NCBI GenBank assembly: GCA_050287845.1
Contig: JBNKCR010000017.1
Coordinates: 32,001-96,000, forward strand
DNA from: Polyangia bacterium
GTDB taxonomy: Bacteria; Myxococcota_A; Polyangia; JAAYKL01
Length of the DNA: 64,000 nucleotides
Direction of reading: 5' to 3'
The stretch's first letter is position 1. The number at the start of each line of letters is the position of its first letter. Shown one piece after another: positions 31,215-40,783 of this stretch. The position numbers and the translations under genes were made by a program. The notes beneath the pieces are model-generated. The model had not been told where the DNA came from. It worked only from the letters and a program-made list of their open reading frames with translations, and did no database searches.

Positions 31215-32738
31215 ATGCTGACACAAACACTCAAATCAAAAATAGACTCCCTCTGGGACAAATTCTGGTCGGGGGGTATCGCCAATCCGTTGACTGTGAT
31301 GGAACAAATCTCCTACCTGCTCTTTATGCACAGGCTGGATGCGGCCGATTTGAAACGCAAAGCAGATGCGGAATGGCTGGGTGAAAAGTACACTTCGGTA
31401 TTTGAAGGCAACGAAGAGTGCCGCTGGTCACGGTTTCGGCATAAGCCACCGGAAGAGATGCTCACCCATGTGCAAAACGACGTGTTTCCGTTTATTAAAA
31501 ACATGAAAAACGGCGGGCAGCGCTTTTCGCATCACATGAAAGATGCGGTGTTCATTATTCCCAAGCCGTCGCTGCTTGCCGAGGCGGTTGATGTCATCGA
31601 TGAGATTTATGCTGAAATTGAGCGGGAGCGTTCCGAGCAGGGGCAAAGCTTTCACGACACCCAGGGCGACCTGTACGAATATTTGCTTTCGGAGATATCA
31701 TCCGCCGGTAAAAACGGGCAGTTTCGCACCCCCAGGCACATTATTCAAATGATGTGTCATCTGGTAAACCCCAAACTGGGTGAGACCATTTGCGACCCCG
31801 CATGCGGCACGGGCGGCTTTTTGCTGGGCGCGTTTCAACATATACTCACTCAACACACCAGCGACAAGCTGCGCTGGCAGGACGAAAACAGCATGACCAA
31901 GGGCCCGGCAGGCGACAAGCTGACGGACCAGCGCCAGTGGGAGGTGCTGCGCAACAAAACATTTTATGGCTACGATTTTGACAGCACCATGGTGCGCATC
32001 GGCATCATGAACCTGATGCTGCACGGCGTGGATAGCCCCAATCTGGATTACAAAGATACCCTTTCTAAAAGATACGATGAGCAGGAATGCTACGACGTAT
32101 GCCTGGCCAATCCGCCGTTCAAGGGCAGCATTGACAAAGGCGACATCAACGAAGCACTGGCTTTAAAAACAACTAAAATAGAGCTGTTGTTTGTCAACCG
32201 CATCATCAATCTGCTGCGCATCGGCGGCAGGTCGGCCGTCATTGTGCCCGACGGCGTGCTCTTTGGTTCAAGCAAGGCCCACAAGGATTTGCGCAAAATG
32301 CTCATTGAAACCTGCGAGCTGCAGGGTGTAGTGTCTATGCCGTCGGGGGTGTTCAAGCCATACGCAGGTGTATCCACGGGGGTGCTGGTATTTGTAAAAG
32401 GCGGCGAAACCGAAAACGTGTGGTTCTACGACATGCAGGCTGACGGCCGTTCCCTGGATGATAAGCGCGATAAAATCGACCAGAACGATATTCCCGACAT
32501 CACCCAAAAATGGGCCAAACGGGATCCCAAAAAAGATACCGACCGCACAAAGAAAGCCTTCTTCGTGCCAGTGCAGGACATCATCGACAACAACTACGAT
32601 CTGTCCATTAACCGGTACAAAGAAATCGAATACGAAGAAGTGGAATACGAGCCGCCCAAAGAGATTTTGAAAAAGCTACGCGCTTTGGAAAAAGAAATAT
32701 CAAGCGACCTTGATGAGCTGGAGAAGATGTTGGGATGA
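31215..32738 (+). CDS. hsdM: Type I R-M N6-adenine methyltransferase M subunit
   Basis: GQFRTPRH, DPACGTGGF (SAM binding), NPPF (catalytic). Confidence 0.95.
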   Translation: MLTQTLKSKIDSLWDKFWSGGIANPLTVMEQISYLLFMHRLDAADLKRKADAEWLGEKYTSVFEGNEECRWSRFRHKPPEEMLTHVQNDVFPFIKNMKNGGQRFSHHMKDAVFIIPKPSLLAEAVDVIDEIYAEIERERSEQGQSFHDTQGDLYEYLLSEISSAGKNGQFRTPRHIIQMMCHLVNPKLGETICDPACGTGGFLLGAFQHILTQHTSDKLRWQDENSMTKGPAGDKLTDQRQWEVLRNKTFYGYDFDSTMVRIGIMNLMLHGVDSPNLDYKDTLSKRYDEQECYDVCLANPPFKGSIDKGDINEALALKTTKIELLFVNRIINLLRIGGRSAVIVPDGVLFGSSKAHKDLRKMLIETCELQGVVSMPSGVFKPYAGVSTGVLVFVKGGETENVWFYDMQADGRSLDDKRDKIDQNDIPDITQKWAKRDPKKDTDRTKKAFFVPVQDIIDNNYDLSINRYKEIEYEEVEYEPPKEILKKLRALEKEISSDLDELEKMLG

Positions 32739-33916
32739 GTTTTCCATCACCTGGACATTGGGAAGAGGTTCAATTTGACCAAGTTGCGCAGGTCATCACG
32801 GGCTGTACACCGTCGACTAAATCGACTTCGTACTACGGTGGTGACATTCCGTTCATCGGCCCTGCTGATCTAGGAACAATGACGCCCATCTGTTCCAGCG
32901 CAAAGATGCTTACTCAGGCTGGGGCTGAGAAGGCACGAATGCTGCCGGTCGGAGCGGTATTAGTCTGTTGCATTGGAGCCACAATCGGGAAAGTTGGAAT
33001 AACCGGTACTCGCTTGGCTACAAATCAGCAAATAAATGCACTCATCTTTGATGAGGATCGAGTCGTTCCCCGCTATGGGCTCCATTTCTGCCGAACTATA
33101 GAATTTGTGTTTCGCCATTTAAGTTCGTCTACGACATTACCTTTGCTACCGAAAAGTCGCTTCGCAGAAGTAAAGATCCCTCTCCCCCCACTTGCCGAAC
33201 AAAAACGCATTGCCGCCATTCTCGACAAAGCCGACGCCATTCGCAAAAAGCGCAAACAGGCCATTGAACTGACAGAACAACTCCTGCGCGCCACATTCCT
33301 GGAAATGTTTGGGGACCCGGTGACGAACCCGAAGGGGTGGGATGTGGTGGAGCTATCAAAACTTGCAATAAAAATAACAGATGGAACCCACAAAACCCCA
33401 AAATACACGGCATCTGGAATGCGATTCATAAGTGCGAAAAACATACGATCCAACGGTATTGACTGGAGCGATATCAAATATATCACGCCCGAAGAGCACG
33501 CAGAGTTATATAAAAGATGTAATCCGCAACGAGAAGATATCGTTTTGTCAAAAAGTGGCTCGATTGGCACTGCAGTGAAAATTGACGTTGATTTTGAATT
33601 TAGTCTATTCGAAAGCGCAGCTCTAATTAAACTCAAACCCAATTCCATATCAGCAGATTTTTTAACTGCATTGTTGAACACGGATGGTTTTCGGCGATTG
33701 TATATACGAAGTACGAAGGGAGTTGCTGTAAAACATCTCCACCTAAATGAAATTCGCTCTTTGCCTATCATTATTCCATCACTCAATATTCAAAAGTGTT
33801 TCGAGGATGTGTCGCAGCGGCTTGCTCATTTATCTAATAAACTTCATACAATTTGTCTCACAACAGAAGCCAATTTTTTGAGTCTCCAACAAAGGGCTTT
33901 CGCAGGTCGCATTTAA
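32735..33916 (+). CDS. hsdS: Type I R-M specificity subunit
   Basis: Two TRDs joined by the conserved IPLPPLAEQKRIAAILDKAD..FLEMFGDP segment. Overlaps the hsdM stop (ATGA). Confidence 0.93.
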   Translation: MSFPSPGHWEEVQFDQVAQVITGCTPSTKSTSYYGGDIPFIGPADLGTMTPICSSAKMLTQAGAEKARMLPVGAVLVCCIGATIGKVGITGTRLATNQQINALIFDEDRVVPRYGLHFCRTIEFVFRHLSSSTTLPLLPKSRFAEVKIPLPPLAEQKRIAAILDKADAIRKKRKQAIELTEQLLRATFLEMFGDPVTNPKGWDVVELSKLAIKITDGTHKTPKYTASGMRFISAKNIRSNGIDWSDIKYITPEEHAELYKRCNPQREDIVLSKSGSIGTAVKIDVDFEFSLFESAALIKLKPNSISADFLTALLNTDGFRRLYIRSTKGVAVKHLHLNEIRSLPIIIPSLNIQKCFEDVSQRLAHLSNKLHTICLTTEANFLSLQQRAFAGRI

Positions 33917-33936
33917 AATAAAAAACGAGGACAGCA

Positions 33937-35127
33937 ATGGGAATGGTCAAAAACGAATGGATGGAAGCTCAAGAGCGTGGATACTGCGATCTGGAAGGAG
34001 ATGTATGTATTCATTGTATGGATGATGAAGACCTCCGCGTTTTGCATAGGGAACATCAAACAGGTTTAGGCACCTGTGAGTTCTGTGAAAAAGAAAATGT
34101 TGAAGTAGCTCCAGCCGAAGTGATTCAGGAACGAATAATGAACACGCTTGGCAAATATTATGTTGATATCCAATACTCCGGTTCCCCTTATATTTCAAGG
34201 GAAGGTGGTTGGCTTATCTCTAACGATGACGCGTCAACGATCGTTGACAATTATTTAGCCTGCAATGTTAGTGACGAATTTTGTAACGCTGTTGTCAACG
34301 CCACCATGGACGAATTGTGGTGTGAATCGAATTGGGACATACTGTCTCCCCTGAAGAAGTTGAAATACGGATGGGAAGAATTTCGCCATATAGTGAAACA
34401 TGTTCAGCGATTTTCTTTTGCATGGTCAAACGATGGAGAAGAAGTGTGGCATCCTGACCATACCAATCCGCGCGTGACCCTGGAGAGGGTCGGCGAACTC
34501 GTCAAGAAATACAAATTGCTGAAGACAGTTCCTGCAGGTACACAAATTTGTCGTGTTCGTGTCGATAAAAATACCTTTTACTCTTCGATGCCCGACATTG
34601 GAGTACCACCATCAAGTGCATCAAACGCCAGCAGAATGAGCCCCGCTGGAATCTCCATGTTTTATGGCGCAGTCGATTTTGAAACTGCAATAAAGGAAAC
34701 ATGGGATGAACAGAATACCGCTCACTGTTCAATGGGATTATTCCGTTTAAAAAAGAACATTAGCGTGGTTGATTACAGCAGTATCCCCGTAGTACCGGGT
34801 TTCTGGAGTGACATCGAACGCCAAAAAAGAGAAGAAATATTGTTTCTTCACCAGCTGGCCGATGATTTTTCCAAACCTATTAGTCGAGGGGCGAAAGTAG
34901 ATCTGGAGTATGCACCTACCCAAATCGTCGCAGAGTTTTTAATGAAATCTCCTTTTTTACAAACTGACAGGACGAACCCAATAACGGGCCTACTTTTCAG
35001 TAGCAGCAAAACCGGAAAACAAAATTTCGTGCTAAACCTTGTGCATTCAACAGATTCAAAGCTCGGGAATAAGCAGGACGACTTTCTGGATCTCATTCAA
35101 GTGTCTACGAAAGTGCTGATACCATAG
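33937..35127 (+). CDS. RES-domain protein with HEPN/RES-associated-type N-terminal domain
   Basis: N-terminal CxxC..CxxC, then RVR, ASRMSPAGISMFYGA..TAIKE, YAPTQIVAE, FSSS..N matching the RES pattern. Confidence 0.8.
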   Translation: MGMVKNEWMEAQERGYCDLEGDVCIHCMDDEDLRVLHREHQTGLGTCEFCEKENVEVAPAEVIQERIMNTLGKYYVDIQYSGSPYISREGGWLISNDDASTIVDNYLACNVSDEFCNAVVNATMDELWCESNWDILSPLKKLKYGWEEFRHIVKHVQRFSFAWSNDGEEVWHPDHTNPRVTLERVGELVKKYKLLKTVPAGTQICRVRVDKNTFYSSMPDIGVPPSSASNASRMSPAGISMFYGAVDFETAIKETWDEQNTAHCSMGLFRLKKNISVVDYSSIPVVPGFWSDIERQKREEILFLHQLADDFSKPISRGAKVDLEYAPTQIVAEFLMKSPFLQTDRTNPITGLLFSSSKTGKQNFVLNLVHSTDSKLGNKQDDFLDLIQVSTKVLIP

Positions 35128-35162
35128 GTGTATTCAGGTTCGCATCATCTGTAACAGTTATT

Positions 35163-36161
35163 CTATTTCAGTCCGCACCGCTCCCGCAACCTCTCAAACA
35201 GATCGGCGCTGATGAATCCAGCCTGCTTTTGCTCCAGCAAAGAATTCATGGTTTTCCGTTGTGATGGAGTCTCCGACATAGTCACTGGTGCCGTCCGCGT
35301 TTGGAACTCTATCACCGTCTGCTCTTTGTCGTCGGGAACCGCTGACACACTCAACTTAGGCAAAATCTCCTTTCTCGCCGTATGCCACCGTTCCTCTTTA
35401 ATAAGACTCCCCCACCTGGCGCACCAGTAGTTCCAGTTAATCCCCGTCGGCACTGTCCCTGGAATTCTGTTTTCAAACAGCTCATATCGCGCTCGGCTCA
35501 GCTGTGCTTTCCTCTCATGGCCTTTTTGAGCCAGCAAATATGCCAGGGTGTTAAAAATCATCTGCTTGATGTCCAGGCGTGTTGGTGGGCGGAGTGGGGT
35601 TGTGAATGGGATAGGTGCTAACTGTTCCGCGCCCGTTCGAGACGCTTCGCTCCTCAGGACAGCGGAACCTTTCGATGCTTTAACGATGGGACGTGTCGAA
35701 AATCCCTGTGGTCCCTTTGCCAAAGGGACATGTGCTGGTTGTTTTTCTTTGCTGGGGCCTGCTGAGTGCGTTTCTTTTTGCTGTGATTTTGATTTGTCGA
35801 TAGTTGGGACACCAGTTCGATTCCCGGTTTGGGAATCCAATTGCTTTTTGGCGTCATGCTTCGCAACTACCCGTTTATCAACATCGTTTCGCGTGCGCTC
35901 GGTACTCTGATTAAAAGAATCAGGTATCTTAGGTTTGTCAGTGCGACTTTTTGTCGTGGGTATACAAGTGTGGGTGTTCCCCTTTGGAATGCTCCAGATG
36001 TTCAATGCTTTTTCGGTCAATGTGCAGCTGCAAATCTGTTCGCATTTGTGGTTGTCTGGCCCCGGCTGGATGATGCGCTCCAGGTCTGCTGGTAAGATTG
36101 TTGAAAATTGGTTTGAAATCGTTTCACAATGGAATATGATGAACGAATCCGATGTGGTCAT
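35163..36161 (-). CDS. Hypothetical protein (disordered middle, SHOCT-like C-terminal helices)
   Basis: 332-aa ORF with no recognisable catalytic motif; C-terminal LLEQKQAGFISADLFERLRER. Confidence 0.5.
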   Translation of the reverse strand: MTTSDSFIIFHCETISNQFSTILPADLERIIQPGPDNHKCEQICSCTLTEKALNIWSIPKGNTHTCIPTTKSRTDKPKIPDSFNQSTERTRNDVDKRVVAKHDAKKQLDSQTGNRTGVPTIDKSKSQQKETHSAGPSKEKQPAHVPLAKGPQGFSTRPIVKASKGSAVLRSEASRTGAEQLAPIPFTTPLRPPTRLDIKQMIFNTLAYLLAQKGHERKAQLSRARYELFENRIPGTVPTGINWNYWCARWGSLIKEERWHTARKEILPKLSVSAVPDDKEQTVIEFQTRTAPVTMSETPSQRKTMNSLLEQKQAGFISADLFERLRERCGLK

Positions 36162-36222
36162 ATGGTTTCAGAACCCCCGGATGTTGCAGCGGAAAATTTA
36201 TTGAACCGCGAAGGAAAACATT

Positions 36223-36238
36223 GTGCAACCGGTTGCAC
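36223..36238. promoter_or_regulatory. Perfect 16-bp palindrome, putative operator
   Basis: GTGCAACCGGTTGCAC in the divergent intergenic region. Confidence 0.5.
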
Positions 36239-36665
36239 TTTTCAGGAAAAAACAGCCTGATTCTTGTTTTTACTATTAATTTCAACGATTTAAACAATCT
36301 GATAAAAAATTCAAAATACGATACAGTATCGGTTGAATCTCAATTGAGGCGAATTTTGAGGTGTGTTTCCGTGACGGTTCCCGCCCCATTCACGGACTCC
36401 TCAGGGTACTCGCCTTCCCGGGGATGAGTGCGGTTTGCAAATCATGTCTGTTTCCTGATAACCACCTTTGTCTCGTGATATTTTCGGGAAAATTTTATCG
36501 GTGCCTGGTGGGCAACTGATGGATGTGTATGCAGTTTTCCTTTTATTGTGGGCCCTTTTTCTTTTTTTTTTTATCACTGGATAAAATCAATGCGCTGTTG
36601 TGATTTTTCATTTACAGTGTTTCCGGTGAAATTTTGTTTCGTTTTATGAAAGGGTAAATTGCCCC

Positions 36666-38438
36666 ATGCCTACACTCAGTTGGTGGACCAAAGATGGTGG
36701 AAAGAAAGTTCAGGGTATCACCAAATCAATTACCACTATTGGATCTGCAGTTGAAAATGACATTGTTATCGGGGAAATGAAACTGGCGCCGCATCATGCG
36801 CAGCTTGTGTTTGACGGTCGGGATTTCTGTCTGGTGGATTTGTTGGGGGAGGGGGATGTTCGCCTGAATGCCCGTAAAAAGAAAAAGGCCAAAATTGTGC
36901 ACCAGGACCGGATTACCGTGGCCGATGCGGAGCTGACCTTTCATCTGATAGATGGCACCCGGGTGTCCGAAACCCGGGATGCCCGAACTGATCTGGAAGG
37001 GTTGAAAAAGCTGCAACAGTTCTCCGAAGCATTGCTGCAACGGAATTCCGTGGACGAGCTGCTCGAAGTGCTGATGGATGCCGTGATTGAACTGACCGGC
37101 GCCGCCAAGGGGTTTCTGATTCTGTTTGAGGGCGAAACCCCGCTGATCAAGGTGGCCAGGAATCTGCGGCGGGAAAATCTGGGGTCCGCCGTGTCCCAGT
37201 TGTCGGACAGTATTGTGGCGCAGGTGGTGCAGTCCAAATCCGCCATTATCGTCTCCGACGCCCAGAGCCATGCCCGATTTTCAAACGCCCAGTCCGTTAT
37301 CAACCTCAAGCTCAATTCGGTGATGTGCGCCCCCCTGTTGAACCGCGGGCAATTGCTGGGACTGATTTATGTGGGAAACGATACTGTTCGCGGATTGTTT
37401 GAAGCGGAGACCCTGGAGTTGCTTAAGGTATTCGCGTCCCAGGCGTCGTTGCTGGTCCAGAATGCGATTCTGCTGGATGAGCTCAAGTTGCGCAATGTGG
37501 CGCTGACCCGCGAACTCGACCAGCAGCGTTTCGGTGAAATCATTGGTTCCTCCGCGGCTATGGAGAAGGTGTTTAAAAAGGTTGAAAAAGTTGCTGTCGC
37601 CGATGTATCTGTGCTGGTGGGCGGGGAAACCGGTACCGGCAAGGAGTTGATTGCCAGAGAAATTCACCGTCGCAGTGGCCGATCCGCCGGTCCGTTTGTG
37701 ACGGTGAACTGCGGCGCGATTCCGGAGACACTCATGGAGTCTGAATTTTTCGGTCACGTCAAGGGGGCATTCACCGGTGCGGATGCCACCCGGGAAGGCA
37801 AATTTCAGGCGGCGGATGGCGGGACGATATTTTTGGATGAGATTGGCGAGATGCCCCTCTCGCTTCAGGTGAAACTGCTTCGGGTGCTGCAGGAGCACCA
37901 GGTGATGAAGGTGGGGGCCACCAAGACCGAAACCCTGAATATTCGGGTGGTTGCGGCAACAAATCGCGATCTGGAGGAAGAAATCCGCCTGGGCAATTTT
38001 CGCGAGGACCTGTATTATCGGTTGAATGTGATTCACATCGATTTGCCGCCGTTGCGCAACCGGGGCGAAGATGTGGTGCTGCTGGCGCGATATCTCCTCC
38101 GGAAGTACAGGGAGGAATTTGCATCCAAAGTCAAAGGCTTTACCCCGGGGGCGATGATGGCTATAAAAAAACATACTTGGCCCGGAAACGTGAGGGAGCT
38201 GGAAAATCGAATTAAAAAGGCAATTATTCTCTGTGATTCCAATATGTTGGGACAAGCGGACCTGGACCTTTCAGACGATGCACTTCCTGAAGTGCGCACC
38301 CTCTCGGAAGCCCGGGAAGAGTTTCAGCGAAAATATGTGCTTGAAGTTCTGGAAAGAAACAATGGCAATCGAACAAAAACCGCAGAAGAGCTGGATGTGG
38401 ACCCGAGAACCATCTATCGCTATCTGGAAAAGGCCTGA
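36666..38438 (+). CDS. Sigma54-dependent enhancer-binding protein (FHA-GAF-AAA+-HTH)
   Basis: FHA-like N-terminus, GAF (SVMCAPL..LGLIYV), GETGTGKE, GAFTGA, FREDLYYRL, WPGNVRELEN, Fis-type HTH. Confidence 0.93.
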   Translation: MPTLSWWTKDGGKKVQGITKSITTIGSAVENDIVIGEMKLAPHHAQLVFDGRDFCLVDLLGEGDVRLNARKKKKAKIVHQDRITVADAELTFHLIDGTRVSETRDARTDLEGLKKLQQFSEALLQRNSVDELLEVLMDAVIELTGAAKGFLILFEGETPLIKVARNLRRENLGSAVSQLSDSIVAQVVQSKSAIIVSDAQSHARFSNAQSVINLKLNSVMCAPLLNRGQLLGLIYVGNDTVRGLFEAETLELLKVFASQASLLVQNAILLDELKLRNVALTRELDQQRFGEIIGSSAAMEKVFKKVEKVAVADVSVLVGGETGTGKELIAREIHRRSGRSAGPFVTVNCGAIPETLMESEFFGHVKGAFTGADATREGKFQAADGGTIFLDEIGEMPLSLQVKLLRVLQEHQVMKVGATKTETLNIRVVAATNRDLEEEIRLGNFREDLYYRLNVIHIDLPPLRNRGEDVVLLARYLLRKYREEFASKVKGFTPGAMMAIKKHTWPGNVRELENRIKKAIILCDSNMLGQADLDLSDDALPEVRTLSEAREEFQRKYVLEVLERNNGNRTKTAEELDVDPRTIYRYLEKA

Positions 38439-38442
38439 GCCG

Positions 38443-38961
38443 TTGCGCTGCCCAATCGGTCTTTTATGTCTGGTGCCGCTGCTGGTCTCTTCCTGTGTGG
38501 TGACCGATGAAATCGAATTTCGGGACAAAATCAACATGCCGCCCCAGCTGGTGTGGACAGAACCGGTCACCGATGTGTTGCATATGGTGGATGACGACAC
38601 CCGCCTGTCTTTCACCGTTCAGGTATGGGACCCCGATGAAAAAGACGCGGATTCATACGAAGGAATGATCACGATTATCGAAGAATCCAATCTGGTGCAG
38701 CCCAAAAAAACGTCGGACGGTTCCTGTATTGCAACGGTGGACACATCTCCCGATCCGTCAGAGTACGATGGCGGAATTCTGGTGACCTTTGATTGTTCCG
38801 CAGATTTTTCATTGAACGCCACTCCGGTGGAGACCACCCTGATTGTGGAGGTTGATGTGTCTGATGGCGGATTTCTGGGACTTCCGGACGAAGTGGCCGA
38901 AGGTGCCAACCATCTCCGGGTAACGTGGGTCTTTGAGTCCCGTCCGGCCACGGCGAAATAA
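38443..38961 (+). CDS. Hypothetical lipoprotein (start approximate)
   Basis: Lipobox-like LLVSSC followed by an acidic, beta-rich domain. Confidence 0.6.
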   Translation: MRCPIGLLCLVPLLVSSCVVTDEIEFRDKINMPPQLVWTEPVTDVLHMVDDDTRLSFTVQVWDPDEKDADSYEGMITIIEESNLVQPKKTSDGSCIATVDTSPDPSEYDGGILVTFDCSADFSLNATPVETTLIVEVDVSDGGFLGLPDEVAEGANHLRVTWVFESRPATAK

Positions 38962-38983
38962 GTGCATGTGGAGTCTGGGTACC

Positions 38984-40738
38984 ATGAATGCCGGAATGTC
39001 AGTTACCGCAAAAAACGTCACCGTCGTTTGGGCTGGGTTGGCGCTGATTCTCTGTGTGCCGTTGCTGTTCGCCTGCACCCCGACGGATACCACAGACCGC
39101 TTTGTGTATACCGGTTTCCGGAATACCTGCAGGACCAACAGCGATTGCGAAACCGGTACCTGTCATGCCGATCTGTCGGTTTGCGTGGTCGCGGTGCAGA
39201 GCCCCGATGCTGAACTGCTGGCCAGGGTGACGTTTGCCGCGTCAAACCTGAAACCCCAGCTGTTTTCCGTACCGGTGGTGAGCACCGAAAACTATGCCTT
39301 TGAACTCCGTAAACCCGTGGCGGTGCAGAATATGGTGCTGGATATTGATGCCGATATTCTGTTCGCCAATCTGACCGATGCACTCCCGGGGAATGACCCG
39401 GATGTCTCGGTGTACAGAACCTATCTTACCCATACCGATTTTTTCCTGTTGCCGGGCATGTACCGAATCACCATTTATCCGGTGGGGGATGATGCGAATA
39501 CGTATCCCATCACGTCGTTTTCGGATATTCGGATGGATGAAAATGGCCTGCTCTGGTCCGGGGACGACCAGGTGGATTTTGCGTCTGCCCTTGTGAACAA
39601 TACGAATGTGTTGAGCGGCAAGGTGTCCTATGCCGGCACGGTGGAAAGCAATGTTGAAGCGCGGGATTTGTCGGTTCAGGCGTTTGATCCGGTGAGCCAT
39701 CTGGCCCTCTCCCGGGGATACAAATTGATTTGCCGGCCCGGAATGAGCCCCGCCGCACCAGAGGATTGCGGCAATTTTTCCATTCCGTTGCATAAGGACA
39801 TCAGTTCGGTGGAACTCCGGTTTTTCAAGCCGGATGAACCGTTCTTTGTGGCGTACACCACGACCATCGAAGGCGTCGGTGCGAGTGCGGAGATCCGAAG
39901 CATTACCCTGAAGCCGCTGGAACAACCGGTGCTGATTCAGGGGACAATCGGTGTGAATCCCGGTGCGGGTATCCAGTCGGTACCGCCGGAATGTCACGTG
40001 TTGTTCAAGTCCGTGGAGCCCGACCGTTTTCTCGCATATTGGGCGCGTTCCAATGGCTACGGGGAGGTGGAACGGGCCGAAGATGCCCCGGGCGTGTATC
40101 TGTACCCGGGACGGTACTCGGTAACGGCATTTCCCCGCAACACGAATCTTGAGGTGTCCGCCACAGCGGCGCGCACCACTTTCTCGAAGACACTGGTGGT
40201 GACCAACACGCCCAACGATGAATCGACTGAGACCGGGTCCGATTTTGCCGTGAACGGATTTTCATTTCCGCTGCAGACGAGATTGCCCATCCAGGGAAGT
40301 GTTCTGTTCAGGGAGCAGCTGATGCCGCAGGTTCAGTTGACGGCATATAACATCAGCGGGAATCAACCGTTCAATAATGTGATTCGCGGAATCTCCGATG
40401 CGAATGGAGATTGGCGTGTCCGGATGGACAATGACGTGTATCATCTGGTGGCGATGCCGCCAGAGGAGAGCGGGTTTGCCCCGGGATTTCACGTATGGAA
40501 CATTTTAAGTTCGACGAGCTACCGGTTTGAGGCCACAGTGAAGATTCCCTTTGTCATCGGGGGAACGGTGGTCATCGATACCCGGGACGGGTTTGGGAAT
40601 ATTCAGCCCGATGACGTATCCATTGACTGGTACCAGGTATCGTCACAGTTGGCGTACCCGGTGGCCCATACGGAGGTGCAGTCGGGATTCTCGTTCACAG
40701 CGCTGTTGCCCCCCGACCGACCGACGGAGACGAAATGA
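38984..40738 (+). CDS. Hypothetical lipoprotein with Cys-rich motif and carboxypeptidase-regulatory-like beta domains
   Basis: LLFAC lipobox, CRTNSDCETGTCHADLSVC, repeated PGxYxVTxxP-type segments. Confidence 0.65.
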   Translation: MNAGMSVTAKNVTVVWAGLALILCVPLLFACTPTDTTDRFVYTGFRNTCRTNSDCETGTCHADLSVCVVAVQSPDAELLARVTFAASNLKPQLFSVPVVSTENYAFELRKPVAVQNMVLDIDADILFANLTDALPGNDPDVSVYRTYLTHTDFFLLPGMYRITIYPVGDDANTYPITSFSDIRMDENGLLWSGDDQVDFASALVNNTNVLSGKVSYAGTVESNVEARDLSVQAFDPVSHLALSRGYKLICRPGMSPAAPEDCGNFSIPLHKDISSVELRFFKPDEPFFVAYTTTIEGVGASAEIRSITLKPLEQPVLIQGTIGVNPGAGIQSVPPECHVLFKSVEPDRFLAYWARSNGYGEVERAEDAPGVYLYPGRYSVTAFPRNTNLEVSATAARTTFSKTLVVTNTPNDESTETGSDFAVNGFSFPLQTRLPIQGSVLFREQLMPQVQLTAYNISGNQPFNNVIRGISDANGDWRVRMDNDVYHLVAMPPEESGFAPGFHVWNILSSTSYRFEATVKIPFVIGGTVVIDTRDGFGNIQPDDVSIDWYQVSSQLAYPVAHTEVQSGFSFTALLPPDRPTETK

Positions 40739-40783
40739 AAAGAATCGCAAAATGCAGTGGCGGATGTCACTGATCGAGGCTGT

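Noticed and set aside
26714..36665. R-M locus as a discrete mobile element
   Set aside because: I found no integrase, transposase, tRNA target or flanking direct repeats by eye.
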